This document shows, piece after piece, positions 40,030 through 50,300 of a stretch of DNA of 63,939 bases. Source of the DNA: an uncultured Bacteroidota bacterium (GTDB taxonomy: Bacteria > Bacteroidota > Bacteroidia > Chitinophagales > Chitinophagaceae); contig CAIJNJ010000021.1 of the NCBI GenBank assembly GCA_903821975.1, positions 1 to 63,939 on the forward strand, in the 5' to 3' direction. A program made the position numbers and the translations under genes. The notes under the pieces are model-generated. The model was not told the origin of the DNA and did no database searches. It was given only the letters and a program-made list of their open reading frames with translations. Each line of letters opens with the position of its first letter. Position 1 is the first letter of the stretch.

Positions 40030-42846
40030 TTATCTTCTCATCATCATCATTCCCCCTGCCGGTGGTGGTGCGCCAGCCGGGGTATGTGTAAAATTCCATA
40101 CCAGGCTCAGCATGCCATAACGGCGTATCGTATTATAGGTTTCTTCGGTAATGATGCCTGCCTGCGCGCTCCTGTTATAGCCAATGTTCTGGTTGAGAAT
40201 GTCATTCACAGAAGCCCGTAATTCGAGGTTGCTTTTTTTCAGGAACTTCTTGCTTACATAAGCATTCCAGAGGATCACATTATTGTCCTTATAAAACAAG
40301 GTGGTTTGCTGGCGAAGGAACCATGTACCGGTGGTGCCTATCTCAAATTTAGCGGGTAGCTGCACAGATGCTGTCAGTTCGTTGCTGCTGGTCCAATAGC
40401 TGGTGGCATAGGTTGTTATTGTAGACCTGTTGTCGTTGTAGGTAACAGACGGGTTAAACTCGATATTGAATTTCTTATCCTTGTAGTATTCCAGGTCAAG
40501 AGTGAAAGTGTACGTGTTATTATTGCTGTGGTTAAGCGTATCGTTGATATAACTGTTTATGTGGTTCACACCTGTATTCACGTGGGCGCCTATTTGCAGG
40601 TCTGTCTTCTTCAGTTTGAAACCATAACCCACATACGCAAAGGCGTTATAGTTGCCATTCACATTTACATATTGCGTGGTGCGTATACCCTCTATATTGG
40701 AGGTGTTCGTGCTTATGGCATCGCTAATAGTATTGAAGCTGGCGCTGGCAAAGAAGTAACGCTGGGACAGGATCTTAAAATTATTGAAGCGCAGGGTAAA
40801 TGCATTAGTGAATTGTTGTTTAAGGTTGGCATTTCCTATCAGGATATTCAGCGGGTCGCTGTTCTGGTGCAGCGGCGATACCTGGTCTATTGTAGGCTGT
40901 GTGGTGCTGCCAAGGTAGTTGAATCGCAGACTTGTTTCGCGGCCTAAAGAATAAATGAAGGTAGCCTTCGGGAAGAAATTCAGGTATGCATATTTACGTG
41001 CCGAAGAGTCTGGCCGCAGGGCGTCCGACTGGTTGTATGTTGAATTGGATACATCACTGCCAAATGAAAAATTCACCTGCTTATTCAGTATAAACCGCAA
41101 TGCTGCGCCACCGGTATTGGTGAGTATGTTATAGGTATAATTACTGCTGTTCAGCAGGTCCAGGTTATTATACAGACCGGGCGCGCTGCTATCGTATGAA
41201 TAGTTTGCCGCTTTGCTGTTATTAACTGTAACTCCATAGTCAAGTTCCAGGTATGAGATCTTAGACAAAGGCTCTGTATAGGTAGCTTTTGCAGCAAAGG
41301 CCAGTGTGCTTGTATTGCTGGTCTTGCGTTGGTTTATAGTGTCCCTGAATACAGCAGTATCTGCCAGGTACAGGTTAGTAATGGAATTAAGGTGGCCGTC
41401 ACTTTTTGAGTCTTTATAATTCTCCTTTATGTCGAGCGATAAAGTGCGACCTTTCTTTGCAAATTTTCTCCTGATCAAAAGATCTGCATTTACAAAATCA
41501 GCATTCGCATTGCTTCTTATGGTTCTTGCGTTTGTATTGGAGGTGTCTATGTTTTGTGCGAGCGTGGCGCTGGTGTACTGGGTGAATATATCCGTGTTCT
41601 TTTCACCCGCTGTTGCAGTAAGTTTCATAGAGGTCATGGAGTCTATTTTCCATTCGTACATGGCATCGAGGCCATTACGGTCACCGCGGCTGAACTGGTT
41701 TTTGTATTGGTGCGTAACGCTTTCAGAATCGTTAGGCAAAGGGTTCTGGGTAACGGTATTGCCTTGTATCTCCACATCCTGCAGTGCGTAGCGGTAATTG
41801 CCCGCAAAGTGTTGTTTGTCGTCCTCCCATTTATCAGCGAAGTGCACACCACCGGTCCATACTTTCGGAAGGCCTTCGCCATTATATTTCCCGTCCCATC
41901 CGGCCAGATCCTCAGCACTGTTGTTTGATGTGATGGTTACCTGTCCTTCATCAGTGATCTCTGTTACACCGCTGCCACTGCTGAAGCTGTTGTTATCCTG
42001 CCAACCCAGCCCTACTTTATCGGTATTGGACATGATACCAAATGCCGATGCCTGCATTTTTGCTTTGAAAGAATTGATCATTCCCTGGTCCTGGAAATAA
42101 CCATCAGTACCGCCACCCGCATCTATCTTACCGAAGTAGCCTTTCTTTTTATCTTCTTTCAGTTCCAGGTTAATGGTCTTTGTTTTTTGCCCGTCATCTA
42201 TTCCTGTAAATTCAGTCTGGTCACTTTTCTTATCATACACCTGTACTTTTTCCACGGCATTTGCCTGCAGCCCCTGTGTCACTACTTTCGGATCATCAGA
42301 GAAGAACTCTTCCCCATCCACCAGTATCTTTTGTACGGTTTCGCCCTGCGCAGTTATTTGGCCGTTCTTGTCCACCTGTATCCCCGGCAATCTTTTCAGC
42401 AGGTCTTCTACGGTAGCATTTTCTTTTACCTTGAAGCTATCAGCCATATACTCCGTAGTGTCTCCCTTTATCTTTATCGCGGCTATCTGCTGTGTAAGCA
42501 CGAATTCCTTCAGCAGGTGCTCTTTCGATACCATAGGTATTACACCATAATTTGTAGTGCTTTTCTTGATGTTGATAACGTCCATGTAATCAGCGAAACT
42601 TGGGAAAGTGACCTTCAATATATATTTTCCCTGGGCAGGTACTGTCAGTTCAAAGCTACCGTCATTTTTGGTGCGTGTAAAACATTGTATCACTGAGTCG
42701 CTTGTGCGGATAAGAACTACCGATGCCTTTTGCAACTGGGAGTTATTCAACGTATCCGTTACCGAACCCTTGATAGAATATGTTTGTCCCGTGCTTTGCT
42801 GCAGAGAACATAGAAATAATATAATTGTGATGAAAAAATATTTCAT
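40030..42846 (-). CDS. Outer-membrane beta-barrel / TonB-dependent receptor-like protein with carboxypeptidase-regulatory-like N-domain
   Basis: KGDTTEY.ADSF, VEDLLKRLPGI, ILVDGEEFF..DP; ATG 42846 gives a clean signal peptide. Confidence 0.9.
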   Translation of the reverse strand: MKYFFITIILFLCSLQQSTGQTYSIKGSVTDTLNNSQLQKASVVLIRTSDSVIQCFTRTKNDGSFELTVPAQGKYILKVTFPSFADYMDVINIKKSTTNYGVIPMVSKEHLLKEFVLTQQIAAIKIKGDTTEYMADSFKVKENATVEDLLKRLPGIQVDKNGQITAQGETVQKILVDGEEFFSDDPKVVTQGLQANAVEKVQVYDKKSDQTEFTGIDDGQKTKTINLELKEDKKKGYFGKIDAGGGTDGYFQDQGMINSFKAKMQASAFGIMSNTDKVGLGWQDNNSFSSGSGVTEITDEGQVTITSNNSAEDLAGWDGKYNGEGLPKVWTGGVHFADKWEDDKQHFAGNYRYALQDVEIQGNTVTQNPLPNDSESVTHQYKNQFSRGDRNGLDAMYEWKIDSMTSMKLTATAGEKNTDIFTQYTSATLAQNIDTSNTNARTIRSNANADFVNADLLIRRKFAKKGRTLSLDIKENYKDSKSDGHLNSITNLYLADTAVFRDTINQRKTSNTSTLAFAAKATYTEPLSKISYLELDYGVTVNNSKAANYSYDSSAPGLYNNLDLLNSSNYTYNILTNTGGAALRFILNKQVNFSFGSDVSNSTYNQSDALRPDSSARKYAYLNFFPKATFIYSLGRETSLRFNYLGSTTQPTIDQVSPLHQNSDPLNILIGNANLKQQFTNAFTLRFNNFKILSQRYFFASASFNTISDAISTNTSNIEGIRTTQYVNVNGNYNAFAYVGYGFKLKKTDLQIGAHVNTGVNHINSYINDTLNHSNNNTYTFTLDLEYYKDKKFNIEFNPSVTYNDNRSTITTYATSYWTSSNELTASVQLPAKFEIGTTGTWFLRQQTTLFYKDNNVILWNAYVSKKFLKKSNLELRASVNDILNQNIGYNRSAQAGIITEETYNTIRRYGMLSLVWNFTHTPAGAPPPAGGMMMMRR

Positions 42847-43079
42847 AAGTGTGTGTGTATGAAAAGATTTGCCTATCCGGGCAAACCAAAATATCTGTAA
42901 AAGAACGAAACTATGCCTATATGGCGCTACTTGGCAGGGGTTATAAAAAGGGGGATGCACTCCTTTTTAACACTTCTTTACCATTGTTGACTTTTGCAAA
43001 CCTCACCTTGTATTAAAAATCACTCAGATAGCTAGATATATCAACAGTTGAAAATTTGACCAAAAGCTAAATTAATAGT

Positions 43080-43100
43080 TCCCCTTTAGGGGGACAGGGG
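43080..43100. repeat. CCCCT..AGGGG-type REP-like hairpin
   Basis: TCCCCTTTAGGGGGACAGGGG; relatives at 57596 and 61851/62073. Confidence 0.55.
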
Positions 43101-43101
43101 T

Positions 43102-46100
43102 TTACGGATTCACCTCTGTTTTATAAATCGTCTCCCGGTTGTGGTCCACAGGTACGCCTAAAGCTTCATAGATATAATCCTGAGACGTTGTGCGCACATT
43201 TAGCTTGTTGATCTTCACATTGGCCCCGGAAGGGTATACCCGGTTAGATAAAAACACGAATACGATCCCAGTTGCAGGATCTGCCCAAACGCAGGTACCC
43301 GTAAATCCCTGGTGGCCAAAGGCAAATCCGCTGCACCTGTCGCCGGCCGGGCCCCCATTATCTTCGTCTGTAAGCGGCTTATCAAACCCCAGTCCGCGGT
43401 GGCTGATCTTACTATTATACGCAGTAAAGAGATCAACGGTCGCAGCTTTGAAATAACGCTTATTGCCATACACACCTTTATTCAGCAACATCTGGAAAAT
43501 AGCACCAACGTCATGCGCGGTGGCAAATAAACCTGCGTGCCCGCCTACACCACCCAGCAAAGCAGCTCCCGGATCATGTACATAGCCCACCAGCAACTGG
43601 CTGCGGAAAGTTGTTTCCAGCTCAGTCGGGGCTATCTGCAGTGTATCAAACTTGTTGAGCGGATTGTAGGTGATACGTTTCAGCCCCATAGGTTTATAAA
43701 ATTCTTCATCAGCGTATTTATCTATTGTCTGCCCTGTTACCTGGCGCACAATGGCTGCAAGAAAATAATAATCAAGATCGCTGTACACCATCTTACCCGC
43801 ATTATCCAGCGGGCTGGCGTATATACGGCTCCACATAGTATCTATGTAATCATTGCGCAGGTACACGCCTTCGGCTACATGTATACCAAAATTTTCTGAA
43901 GGTGTTTTCCGGAACAGGTCACTTTTCAGCTTACCATCATCGTCTACTGTTTCTTTATAAAAAGGTATCCATCCTCTCAGGCCTGCCTGGTGCAGCAGTA
44001 TATCCCTTATGTGCAGCCCGGCTTTATTGGTTCCTTTCGCTTGTGGCAGGTAGTCGCCTATAGTTTTATCGAGGTCCAGTTTACCAAGTTCGTACAGGCG
44101 CATCACAGCCAGTGTTGTCGCCAGCACCTTTGTGCAGGATGCCATATCATACAGGGTATTCGTATCTACCGGATGCTGTTTATCGTAGCGCGTATAGCCG
44201 AAAGCCTTATCATAAAATACTTTGCCGTTGTGCGCAGCAAGTACCCTGCAGCCAGGGAACACACCATCGGCAATGTTACGGGCCATAAAGATATCCAGCC
44301 TATCCAGCGCCGTTTGCTCCACAACCCCGGCATCAGCAGGAAAGAAAACTTTCTTCAGTTCGTTAGAAGGCTCTTTTACTACTACCGATGATCTTACAGG
44401 AGCAGGACATATACTTTGCCCGTTCACACATGCTGTTACCGGGAGTTTTCCTTTTGCTTTTGTTCTTTTCAGCAGCATGCTTGCTACAGCCCTTTCGGTA
44501 AGTGTATCGTCTTCATAGCTTACCATTACAGACCCGGCGCCGCAGAAGTATTGCATGGCGTATGCGTTGCCGAGTAGTACTACCAGCACATTGTTCCGGC
44601 AGCCGGCCATTTGCAGGAAATTTATCTGTTCATCGCTCAGGCCGTAATTATTGGCAGGTGAAAAACTGAGGTTCTGAACGGCAATTATGGTCACACTGTA
44701 TTTCTGTAGGTCATCCAGAATTTTTATAGCGCTGTCTGCAGGGCTTCCTTTAGGGAGCCACTGCGCTTTGATATTATTGAATTCATCGTTCAGGCTTTCA
44801 TACAAAGGAGTAGATGTATTGGCGTTCACACCCACGTAGCCGATACGCATGTTTTCGTTGATCTTTTTCAGCACCTGGTTGTCATCTTTCACCAGTGTTA
44901 TTGCAGCTTTTGCGGTAAGTGTGCGGAAGGTGTCAACGAATTTATTCAGGTCGGCGGTGATATGGGCAGTATCTATATCCTGCCACGTTTGCAGGCCTGC
45001 ATCATACTTTGCAGCCAGTATTTTTTTCACGCTTGTTTCCAGTGCAGATTTGGGGATGATATTGCTGTCAATAGCATTCTTTATTTTTCCAATCGCAGCA
45101 GGTACATCTTGCGGGAACAGTAACACATCGTTACCCGCCTCAAACGCCCGCAGATCGGCATCGCCGGCAGGGAAGTATTTGGTAACGCCCTGCATATTCA
45201 GCGCATCGGTAAATATGAGCCCTTTAAAGCCGAGTGTTTCTTTCAGCAGCCCGGTAACTGCATTTTTAGAGAGCGTGGTAGGCACATGAGCGGTAGTATC
45301 TAAAGCAGGTACTTCCAGGTGCGCCACCATTACACTTTTCACACCTGCCGCTATCATTTGTTTAAAAGGGTAAAGCTCTATCGAGTCCAGTTGGGCCAAT
45401 GTTCTCGGCACCAATGGCAGGTCTTTATGCGAATCCACGCTGGTATTGCCATGGCCGGGAAAATGCTTTGCACAGGCAATAACGCCATTCTTCTGCAGCC
45501 CGCGCATAAAGGCTATCCCAAGGCGAGATACCCATACTTTATCCTCACCAAATGAACGTGAATTGATAACAGGATTAGCGGCATTATTGTTCACATCTAC
45601 ATCAGGTGCAAAATCAATATTCACTCCGAGCCTTTTACACTGGAGCGCTATTGCAGATGCTATTCGGTATACCAGTTCCGTATCGTGTGTAGCGCCCAGC
45701 ATCATTTCGCGCGGGAAATTCTTTAAACTGTCTAAGCGCATGCCAATGCCCCATTCCGCATCCATGGCAATGAGCAGGGGTGTTTGTGCCAGGTGCTGGT
45801 ATCGGTTGGTAAGCATAGCCTGCCGTATAGGGCCGCCCTGCATAAAAATAAGACCGCCTACCTGGTGTTCCGTCAGAAGTTTAGTTACCTGGTCTTCGTT
45901 ATAATTTTTGCCGCCTGAATATGCGGCTACCATAAAAAGCTGTCCTATCTTTTCTTCTTGTGTGAGTTTATCGTATACGCTGTCTACCCAATGATTTTTG
46001 GCAGCAGTATTCTCTACTTGTTTTGGCTTGCTTTTTTGTGCGAAAACATTTACAGCAATAAAAAAAATACCCAGCGTAGCCAGTGCAGCTTTGCGCAATA

Positions 46101-46107
46101 AACTCAT
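43102..46107 (-). CDS. GH3 beta-N-acetylglucosaminidase fused to a beta-lactamase-family serine hydrolase
   Basis: KHFPGHG..VDSH NagZ motif, TDALNM; C-terminal SCTK (SxxK), YSD, GHQGFTG. Confidence 0.93.
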   Translation of the reverse strand: MSLLRKAALATLGIFFIAVNVFAQKSKPKQVENTAAKNHWVDSVYDKLTQEEKIGQLFMVAAYSGGKNYNEDQVTKLLTEHQVGGLIFMQGGPIRQAMLTNRYQHLAQTPLLIAMDAEWGIGMRLDSLKNFPREMMLGATHDTELVYRIASAIALQCKRLGVNIDFAPDVDVNNNAANPVINSRSFGEDKVWVSRLGIAFMRGLQKNGVIACAKHFPGHGNTSVDSHKDLPLVPRTLAQLDSIELYPFKQMIAAGVKSVMVAHLEVPALDTTAHVPTTLSKNAVTGLLKETLGFKGLIFTDALNMQGVTKYFPAGDADLRAFEAGNDVLLFPQDVPAAIGKIKNAIDSNIIPKSALETSVKKILAAKYDAGLQTWQDIDTAHITADLNKFVDTFRTLTAKAAITLVKDDNQVLKKINENMRIGYVGVNANTSTPLYESLNDEFNNIKAQWLPKGSPADSAIKILDDLQKYSVTIIAVQNLSFSPANNYGLSDEQINFLQMAGCRNNVLVVLLGNAYAMQYFCGAGSVMVSYEDDTLTERAVASMLLKRTKAKGKLPVTACVNGQSICPAPVRSSVVVKEPSNELKKVFFPADAGVVEQTALDRLDIFMARNIADGVFPGCRVLAAHNGKVFYDKAFGYTRYDKQHPVDTNTLYDMASCTKVLATTLAVMRLYELGKLDLDKTIGDYLPQAKGTNKAGLHIRDILLHQAGLRGWIPFYKETVDDDGKLKSDLFRKTPSENFGIHVAEGVYLRNDYIDTMWSRIYASPLDNAGKMVYSDLDYYFLAAIVRQVTGQTIDKYADEEFYKPMGLKRITYNPLNKFDTLQIAPTELETTFRSQLLVGYVHDPGAALLGGVGGHAGLFATAHDVGAIFQMLLNKGVYGNKRYFKAATVDLFTAYNSKISHRGLGFDKPLTDEDNGGPAGDRCSGFAFGHQGFTGTCVWADPATGIVFVFLSNRVYPSGANVKINKLNVRTTSQDYIYEALGVPVDHNRETIYKTEVNP

Positions 46108-46302
46108 AAAACAAAAATAACTGTATTCAGATTAATACTCATTGTATTTTTATTATTGTAAATATTATTCCGGCATCGCCCGGTTTCAATATTCTTTCTC
46201 GAAGAACCGGAAGTAAAGGGAAGCGATTCTAAAGATGAATTGTAATACAATATGTTTTTGTAACTTTATAGTGATTTTGTGATACACTTAAATTAGTTTT
46301 TT

Positions 46303-46536
46303 ATGTCGGTAAATTATCTTTCAGATAGCGCGGGTGAAACGATTGCGGTACAGATATCTATTGATGACTGGAAAAAAATTAAAAATAAATATCCGGATGT
46401 AGATGATCTTGAGGGCGATTTGCCGCAATGGCAAAAGGATATGATAGACAGAAGGTTAAAAGCTATAGAAAATGATCCCGCATCTATCATGGATATAGAT
46501 GGTTTATTTAAGGAATTGGACAAAGAAATTGAATGA
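46303..46536 (+). CDS. Putative addiction-module antitoxin
   Basis: Small acidic protein with LPQWQKDMIDRRL; 3 nt upstream of a RelE/ParE gene; AT-rich. Confidence 0.8.
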   Translation: MSVNYLSDSAGETIAVQISIDDWKKIKNKYPDVDDLEGDLPQWQKDMIDRRLKAIENDPASIMDIDGLFKELDKEIE

Positions 46537-46539
46537 TCT

Positions 46540-46842
46540 ATGTCATACCGGCTAGCTTATTTCAAAGAAGTTGCAAACGACATCAACGAAGCGAAAATTT
46601 GGTATCATAACCAGCAAAAAGGACTTGAAAAACGATTTGCAGAAGACATTAGGAAAGCAATAGTAAGATTAAAAACGAATCCGCATGTTCATGCTATCCG
46701 TTACCGGAAAAATAGAATTGCCCATCCCGATATATTCCCATACTCAATACATTTTTACATAAATGAAGAGCTAAAGCGCATTGTTATTATCGGAGTTACA
46801 CATAATAGTAGAAACTTTGATTTTTTAAAACAACGCAAATAA
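46540..46842 (+). CDS. RelE/ParE family toxin
   Basis: DINEA..WY..QQKGL..RF, FPYSIHF, I.IIGVTH.SR. Confidence 0.88.
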   Translation: MSYRLAYFKEVANDINEAKIWYHNQQKGLEKRFAEDIRKAIVRLKTNPHVHAIRYRKNRIAHPDIFPYSIHFYINEELKRIVIIGVTHNSRNFDFLKQRK

Positions 46843-46877
46843 ATTCTGCTGATTCTATAATCCGATTAATTCTGATC

Positions 46878-47966
46878 CTAGCGGGCATCAAAATCTATCA
46901 CTACCCTTTCGGTGCGTGGGTGAGACTGGCAGGTAAGTACATAACCTTTTTCCACTTCATGGTGTTCCAGGGCGTAGTTTACTTCCATTTCTACTTCACC
47001 CTCGGTTACCAGGGCACGGCAGGTGCAGCATACGCCGCCCTTGCAGGCATAAGGTAGGTCTGCGCCTGCTTTTAAAGCGGCATCCAGTATGCTTTCGCCG
47101 TTAAAAGGCACATCCATGTCAAAAGTGGTACCGTCAAGTGTGATGCTCACCTTGCTTGATGGGCCGTTGGTATTTTTATGACTGGCTGCCCATTTTTCGT
47201 GCGAGGCCTTTGGCTGGTCTGGAGAGGTAAACAATTCAATATGTACATGCGCTGATGGCATACCGAGGTCTATCAGTTTCTGGCGCACAGAAAGTATCAT
47301 TTCTTCCGGTCCGCAGATGAAGGCCTCGTCTATTGTGTTGATATCAATGAGTGTTTTGCAGAATTCAGCGCATTTTTCGGCGTCTATGCGCCCGCTGAAC
47401 AATGGTATATCCATATACTCGCGACTCAGGATATGATACACCCTCAGGCGCAGCATATACTTGTTTTTCAGCGCTTCTATGGCTTCCCTGAATATAATAG
47501 AGTTTTTTGAGCGGTTGCCATATACGAGTGTAAAACTGCTGTTAGGCTCATCTTCCAGCACCGTTTTCATGATGCTCATTATGGGAGTGATACCGCTTCC
47601 GGCAGCAAATGCCAGGTATTCTTTATGTTTTGCCTCTGTTTTCTTGGCGGTGAAATTACCCATTGGGGGCATCACGTCCAGCACATCTCCGGTTTTCAGT
47701 GCACCGTGGGCGTAGGTCGAAAATTTGCCTTGTTCGACTCTTTTAATAGCTACACGCAACTCCCCGTCTTTAGGGCTGGAGCAGATGGAATAGGAGCGGC
47801 GCACTTCTGCATCGTCAAAATGGCGGCGGAAAGTAAGGTACTGCCCAGGCGCAAATTGAAACTTATCCGACAGCTCAGTGGGTATTTCCAGTGATACGGA
47901 TACACAATCAGCCGTTTCGGGCCGCACATCTTTAACCTTTAACGGGTAAAATTTGAGAGCAGACAT
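46878..47966 (-). CDS. paaE: PaaE-like FAD/NAD-binding oxidoreductase with C-terminal 2Fe-2S ferredoxin
   Basis: RRSYSICS, AGSGITP, CGPEEM, HIELF, PYACKGGVCCTCRA, VLTCQ; ATG 47966. Confidence 0.85.
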   Translation of the reverse strand: MSALKFYPLKVKDVRPETADCVSVSLEIPTELSDKFQFAPGQYLTFRRHFDDAEVRRSYSICSSPKDGELRVAIKRVEQGKFSTYAHGALKTGDVLDVMPPMGNFTAKKTEAKHKEYLAFAAGSGITPIMSIMKTVLEDEPNSSFTLVYGNRSKNSIIFREAIEALKNKYMLRLRVYHILSREYMDIPLFSGRIDAEKCAEFCKTLIDINTIDEAFICGPEEMILSVRQKLIDLGMPSAHVHIELFTSPDQPKASHEKWAASHKNTNGPSSKVSITLDGTTFDMDVPFNGESILDAALKAGADLPYACKGGVCCTCRALVTEGEVEMEVNYALEHHEVEKGYVLTCQSHPRTERVVIDFDAR

Positions 47967-48062
47967 AAAAATGGCTGCAAATGTACGAAAAACACTTTGT
48001 GATAGCAATCCGCGAAGCCTGCAAACGCGATGGAACTATATATGTTATGTGTTCATCCGCTG

Positions 48063-48452
48063 TTACATGGCGATACAGGCTGCTTCCACTGTTGTTTCAA
48101 TAATGCCGATCGTCATGCCCAAGGCAGCACCCTGGTTATGCCGCATAAGACCTACAGCACCGCAAACGGTACCGGCAGGCCCTATCAGGAAATAATCAAA
48201 AAACATTGACCAGCTTGCCCAGTTTTTATCTTTTTCACGGAAAAAACTGGTAAGAAAATGATCATTGTGATAATGGTGGTAATGATAAGAATGGCTGCAA
48301 TGGCCATGTGGTGCGAAAAAAGCTACTTCTTGTACAGCAGCTTGCGGGGTGTTTGTTATAGGGCTATGCATCACAAATGCACAATGGCCGACTGTCGCTT
48401 GAGTCAAAATAATAAACAAGAGGCCGAAAAAGATAAATAGTTTATTTGCCAT
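48063..48452 (-). CDS. Hypothetical exported/membrane protein with His-rich segment
   Basis: Signal-like N-terminus, HGHCSHSYHYHHYHNDH, Gly/Ala-rich hydrophobic C-terminus. Confidence 0.6.
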   Translation of the reverse strand: MANKLFIFFGLLFIILTQATVGHCAFVMHSPITNTPQAAVQEVAFFAPHGHCSHSYHYHHYHNDHFLTSFFREKDKNWASWSMFFDYFLIGPAGTVCGAVGLMRHNQGAALGMTIGIIETTVEAACIAM

Positions 48453-48586
48453 AATTATAAGTTTATGTTTTTAAGACCAAAGGATCATCTATAAGTTTAA
48501 TATAGGTATATCGTTTCCCTTTTGAAAAGAAAAAGCTATTTTTATATGCGCACTACCCGGCTTCCCTAAAGATCTTTATTATTGTT

Positions 48587-49285
48587 ATGAAGCACATCCT
48601 CTACAAGCTGTTTTTCGGTAAGCCGGAGTATAATAAGCCGCTCAGGGCTACAGCATACTATAGGTACAGGGTAAACCTTGTGAGGATATGGAATAATGAA
48701 AAGCATCATGATATAGGGTTTGAAAAGATACTCAGGTTATTCCTTGTTTCTATACAGATTATTTTCCCGGGTATCCATATCCGGCAGGTTTTTGGCAGGT
48801 TTGGGGTGGTGAAAAGGAATGTTGCCGTTGAGTTTTTTGTTTTGTTTAAAACGCTGCTACCCGTTTTTTTCCTTCTATCCGGCCTGTACAAATACACCGT
48901 CACCGTTCTTATTTCGTGCTATTTGCTCATGGAAACCATATGCTATGTGGCATCGCTGATTTTTGTGTCTGATATGTTTGTAAAGCCACGCTCTTACAGG
49001 CGTAACATACTGATGCTGTTCCTAAATTATATGGAAATATCATTATGCTTTGCAGTTATCTATGCAGGTATGCATTTACTGGGCGATAAGCCAATGAATG
49101 TAATGGATTATATATACTTCAGCATTGTTACCTCTACTACCATAGGTTACGGCGATATGCACCCGGTTACCCACACAGGGCAGTTAATGGTTTGCATACA
49201 AGCAGTAATGGTTGTGGCCTTCATTGTCTTGTTTCTTAATTTCTTCGGCTCAAAAGTGGAGACCCTCAGTAACGAGGAAGAATAA
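48587..49285 (+). CDS. Potassium channel family protein (Ion_trans_2)
   Basis: YFSIVTSTTIGYGD selectivity filter flanked by TM helices. Confidence 0.85.
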   Translation: MKHILYKLFFGKPEYNKPLRATAYYRYRVNLVRIWNNEKHHDIGFEKILRLFLVSIQIIFPGIHIRQVFGRFGVVKRNVAVEFFVLFKTLLPVFFLLSGLYKYTVTVLISCYLLMETICYVASLIFVSDMFVKPRSYRRNILMLFLNYMEISLCFAVIYAGMHLLGDKPMNVMDYIYFSIVTSTTIGYGDMHPVTHTGQLMVCIQAVMVVAFIVLFLNFFGSKVETLSNEEE

Positions 49286-49372
49286 TGTTATCCATTATTT
49301 AACAGACCTATTTAGGTTTATAAAATATTTTCCGTACCTTTGTGCTTTCTTAATCAATTTATTTAAACAACA

Positions 49373-49564
49373 ATGCAAGAAGGAACAGTAAAATTTTTCA
49401 ATGAAACTAAAGGATTTGGTTTCATTTCTCCGTCAAACGGCGGACAAGACATCTTCGTACACGTATCAGGTCTTATGGATGAAATCCGTGAGAACGATAA
49501 GGTAACTTTCGAAGTTCAGAATGGTAAAAAAGGTTTAAATGCTACTAATGTTAAGGTTATCTAA
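49373..49564 (+). CDS. Cold-shock protein (CspA family)
   Basis: GTVKFFNETKGFGFI and IFVH RNP motifs. Confidence 0.97.
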   Translation: MQEGTVKFFNETKGFGFISPSNGGQDIFVHVSGLMDEIRENDKVTFEVQNGKKGLNATNVKVI

Positions 49565-49593
49565 CATTATATATTGCTTTTAATATCATTTCC

Positions 49594-49627
49594 AAACCCC
49601 TCGGCTCTGCCGGGGGGTTTTTCTTTT
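49594..49627 (+). terminator. Intrinsic terminator of the csp gene
   Basis: AAACCCCTCGGC-TCT-GCCGGGGGGTTT followed by a T tract. Confidence 0.8.
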
Positions 49628-49736
49628 ACATCTTTTCATGCCGTTTTTAGCATACTTAAAGATTATTGATTATTTTGCGTAGCTATTCTTAAATTAATCA
49701 CAGGTTTTATTACTTTTACCCGAAGAAATAATTTTT

Positions 49737-50204
49737 ATGATGACAAAATCGCTAAAAAAGATACTTCTGGTGTGCCTGATGGCATTACCTGCAAGCGTTT
49801 TCGCGCAAACTAATACACCGGTACCAAATACACAGCCTATCAACAGGTATGAACTGCTGGATAAGAACTGGTGCTTTGTAGCCATGAAGTGCCCGGATAA
49901 GATAGGTTCTGAAGGCCAGTATATCCATTTCTTTTCTGAATTGAAGCTTACAGCTACCAACGGTAATAATATCAACTACGGTACTTACGTAAAAACCTAT
50001 AAGGATATGCGTGACAACCCAAAAGAAACAGGTACTTATACGCTTACTAACGATGAAGTGGGAAATGTGATCATGACCCTGAAGAAAAGCAAAACAGGCG
50101 CTACCGCTAAATACATGGTGCCCATGGTGGAAACAAACCACCTAACGCTTATCAGGACAGACGAAGCCGAAAAATGTAACATAACATACGCTATCGCACC
50201 TTAA
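49737..50204 (+). CDS. Hypothetical secreted beta-rich (possibly lipocalin-like) protein
   Basis: Signal peptide VFA-Q; LLDKNW and ETGTY patterns. Confidence 0.7.
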   Translation: MMTKSLKKILLVCLMALPASVFAQTNTPVPNTQPINRYELLDKNWCFVAMKCPDKIGSEGQYIHFFSELKLTATNGNNINYGTYVKTYKDMRDNPKETGTYTLTNDEVGNVIMTLKKSKTGATAKYMVPMVETNHLTLIRTDEAEKCNITYAIAP

Positions 50205-50222
50205 TCAACCATATTTAAAAGG

Positions 50223-50253
50223 AAAGCCCGGAATGTATATTCCGGGCTTTTTT
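50223..50253 (+). terminator. Intrinsic terminator
   Basis: AAAGCCCGGAAT/ATTCCGGGCTTT followed by a T tract. Confidence 0.8.
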
Positions 50254-50300
50254 ATGTTAAGGATCAGGGTAATTCTTTAATCCTTTATCAAGGTTCAGAC

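Noticed and set aside
40030-40085. Unusual PAGAPPPAGGMMMMRR C-terminus on a beta-barrel
   Set aside because: Gly/Met/Arg-rich tails are, from my recollection, usual for barrels paired with GLPGLI proteins.
43102-44300. Antibiotic-resistance beta-lactamase
   Set aside because: The SxxK domain is fused to a GH3 NagZ-like domain, a typical cell-wall recycling architecture.
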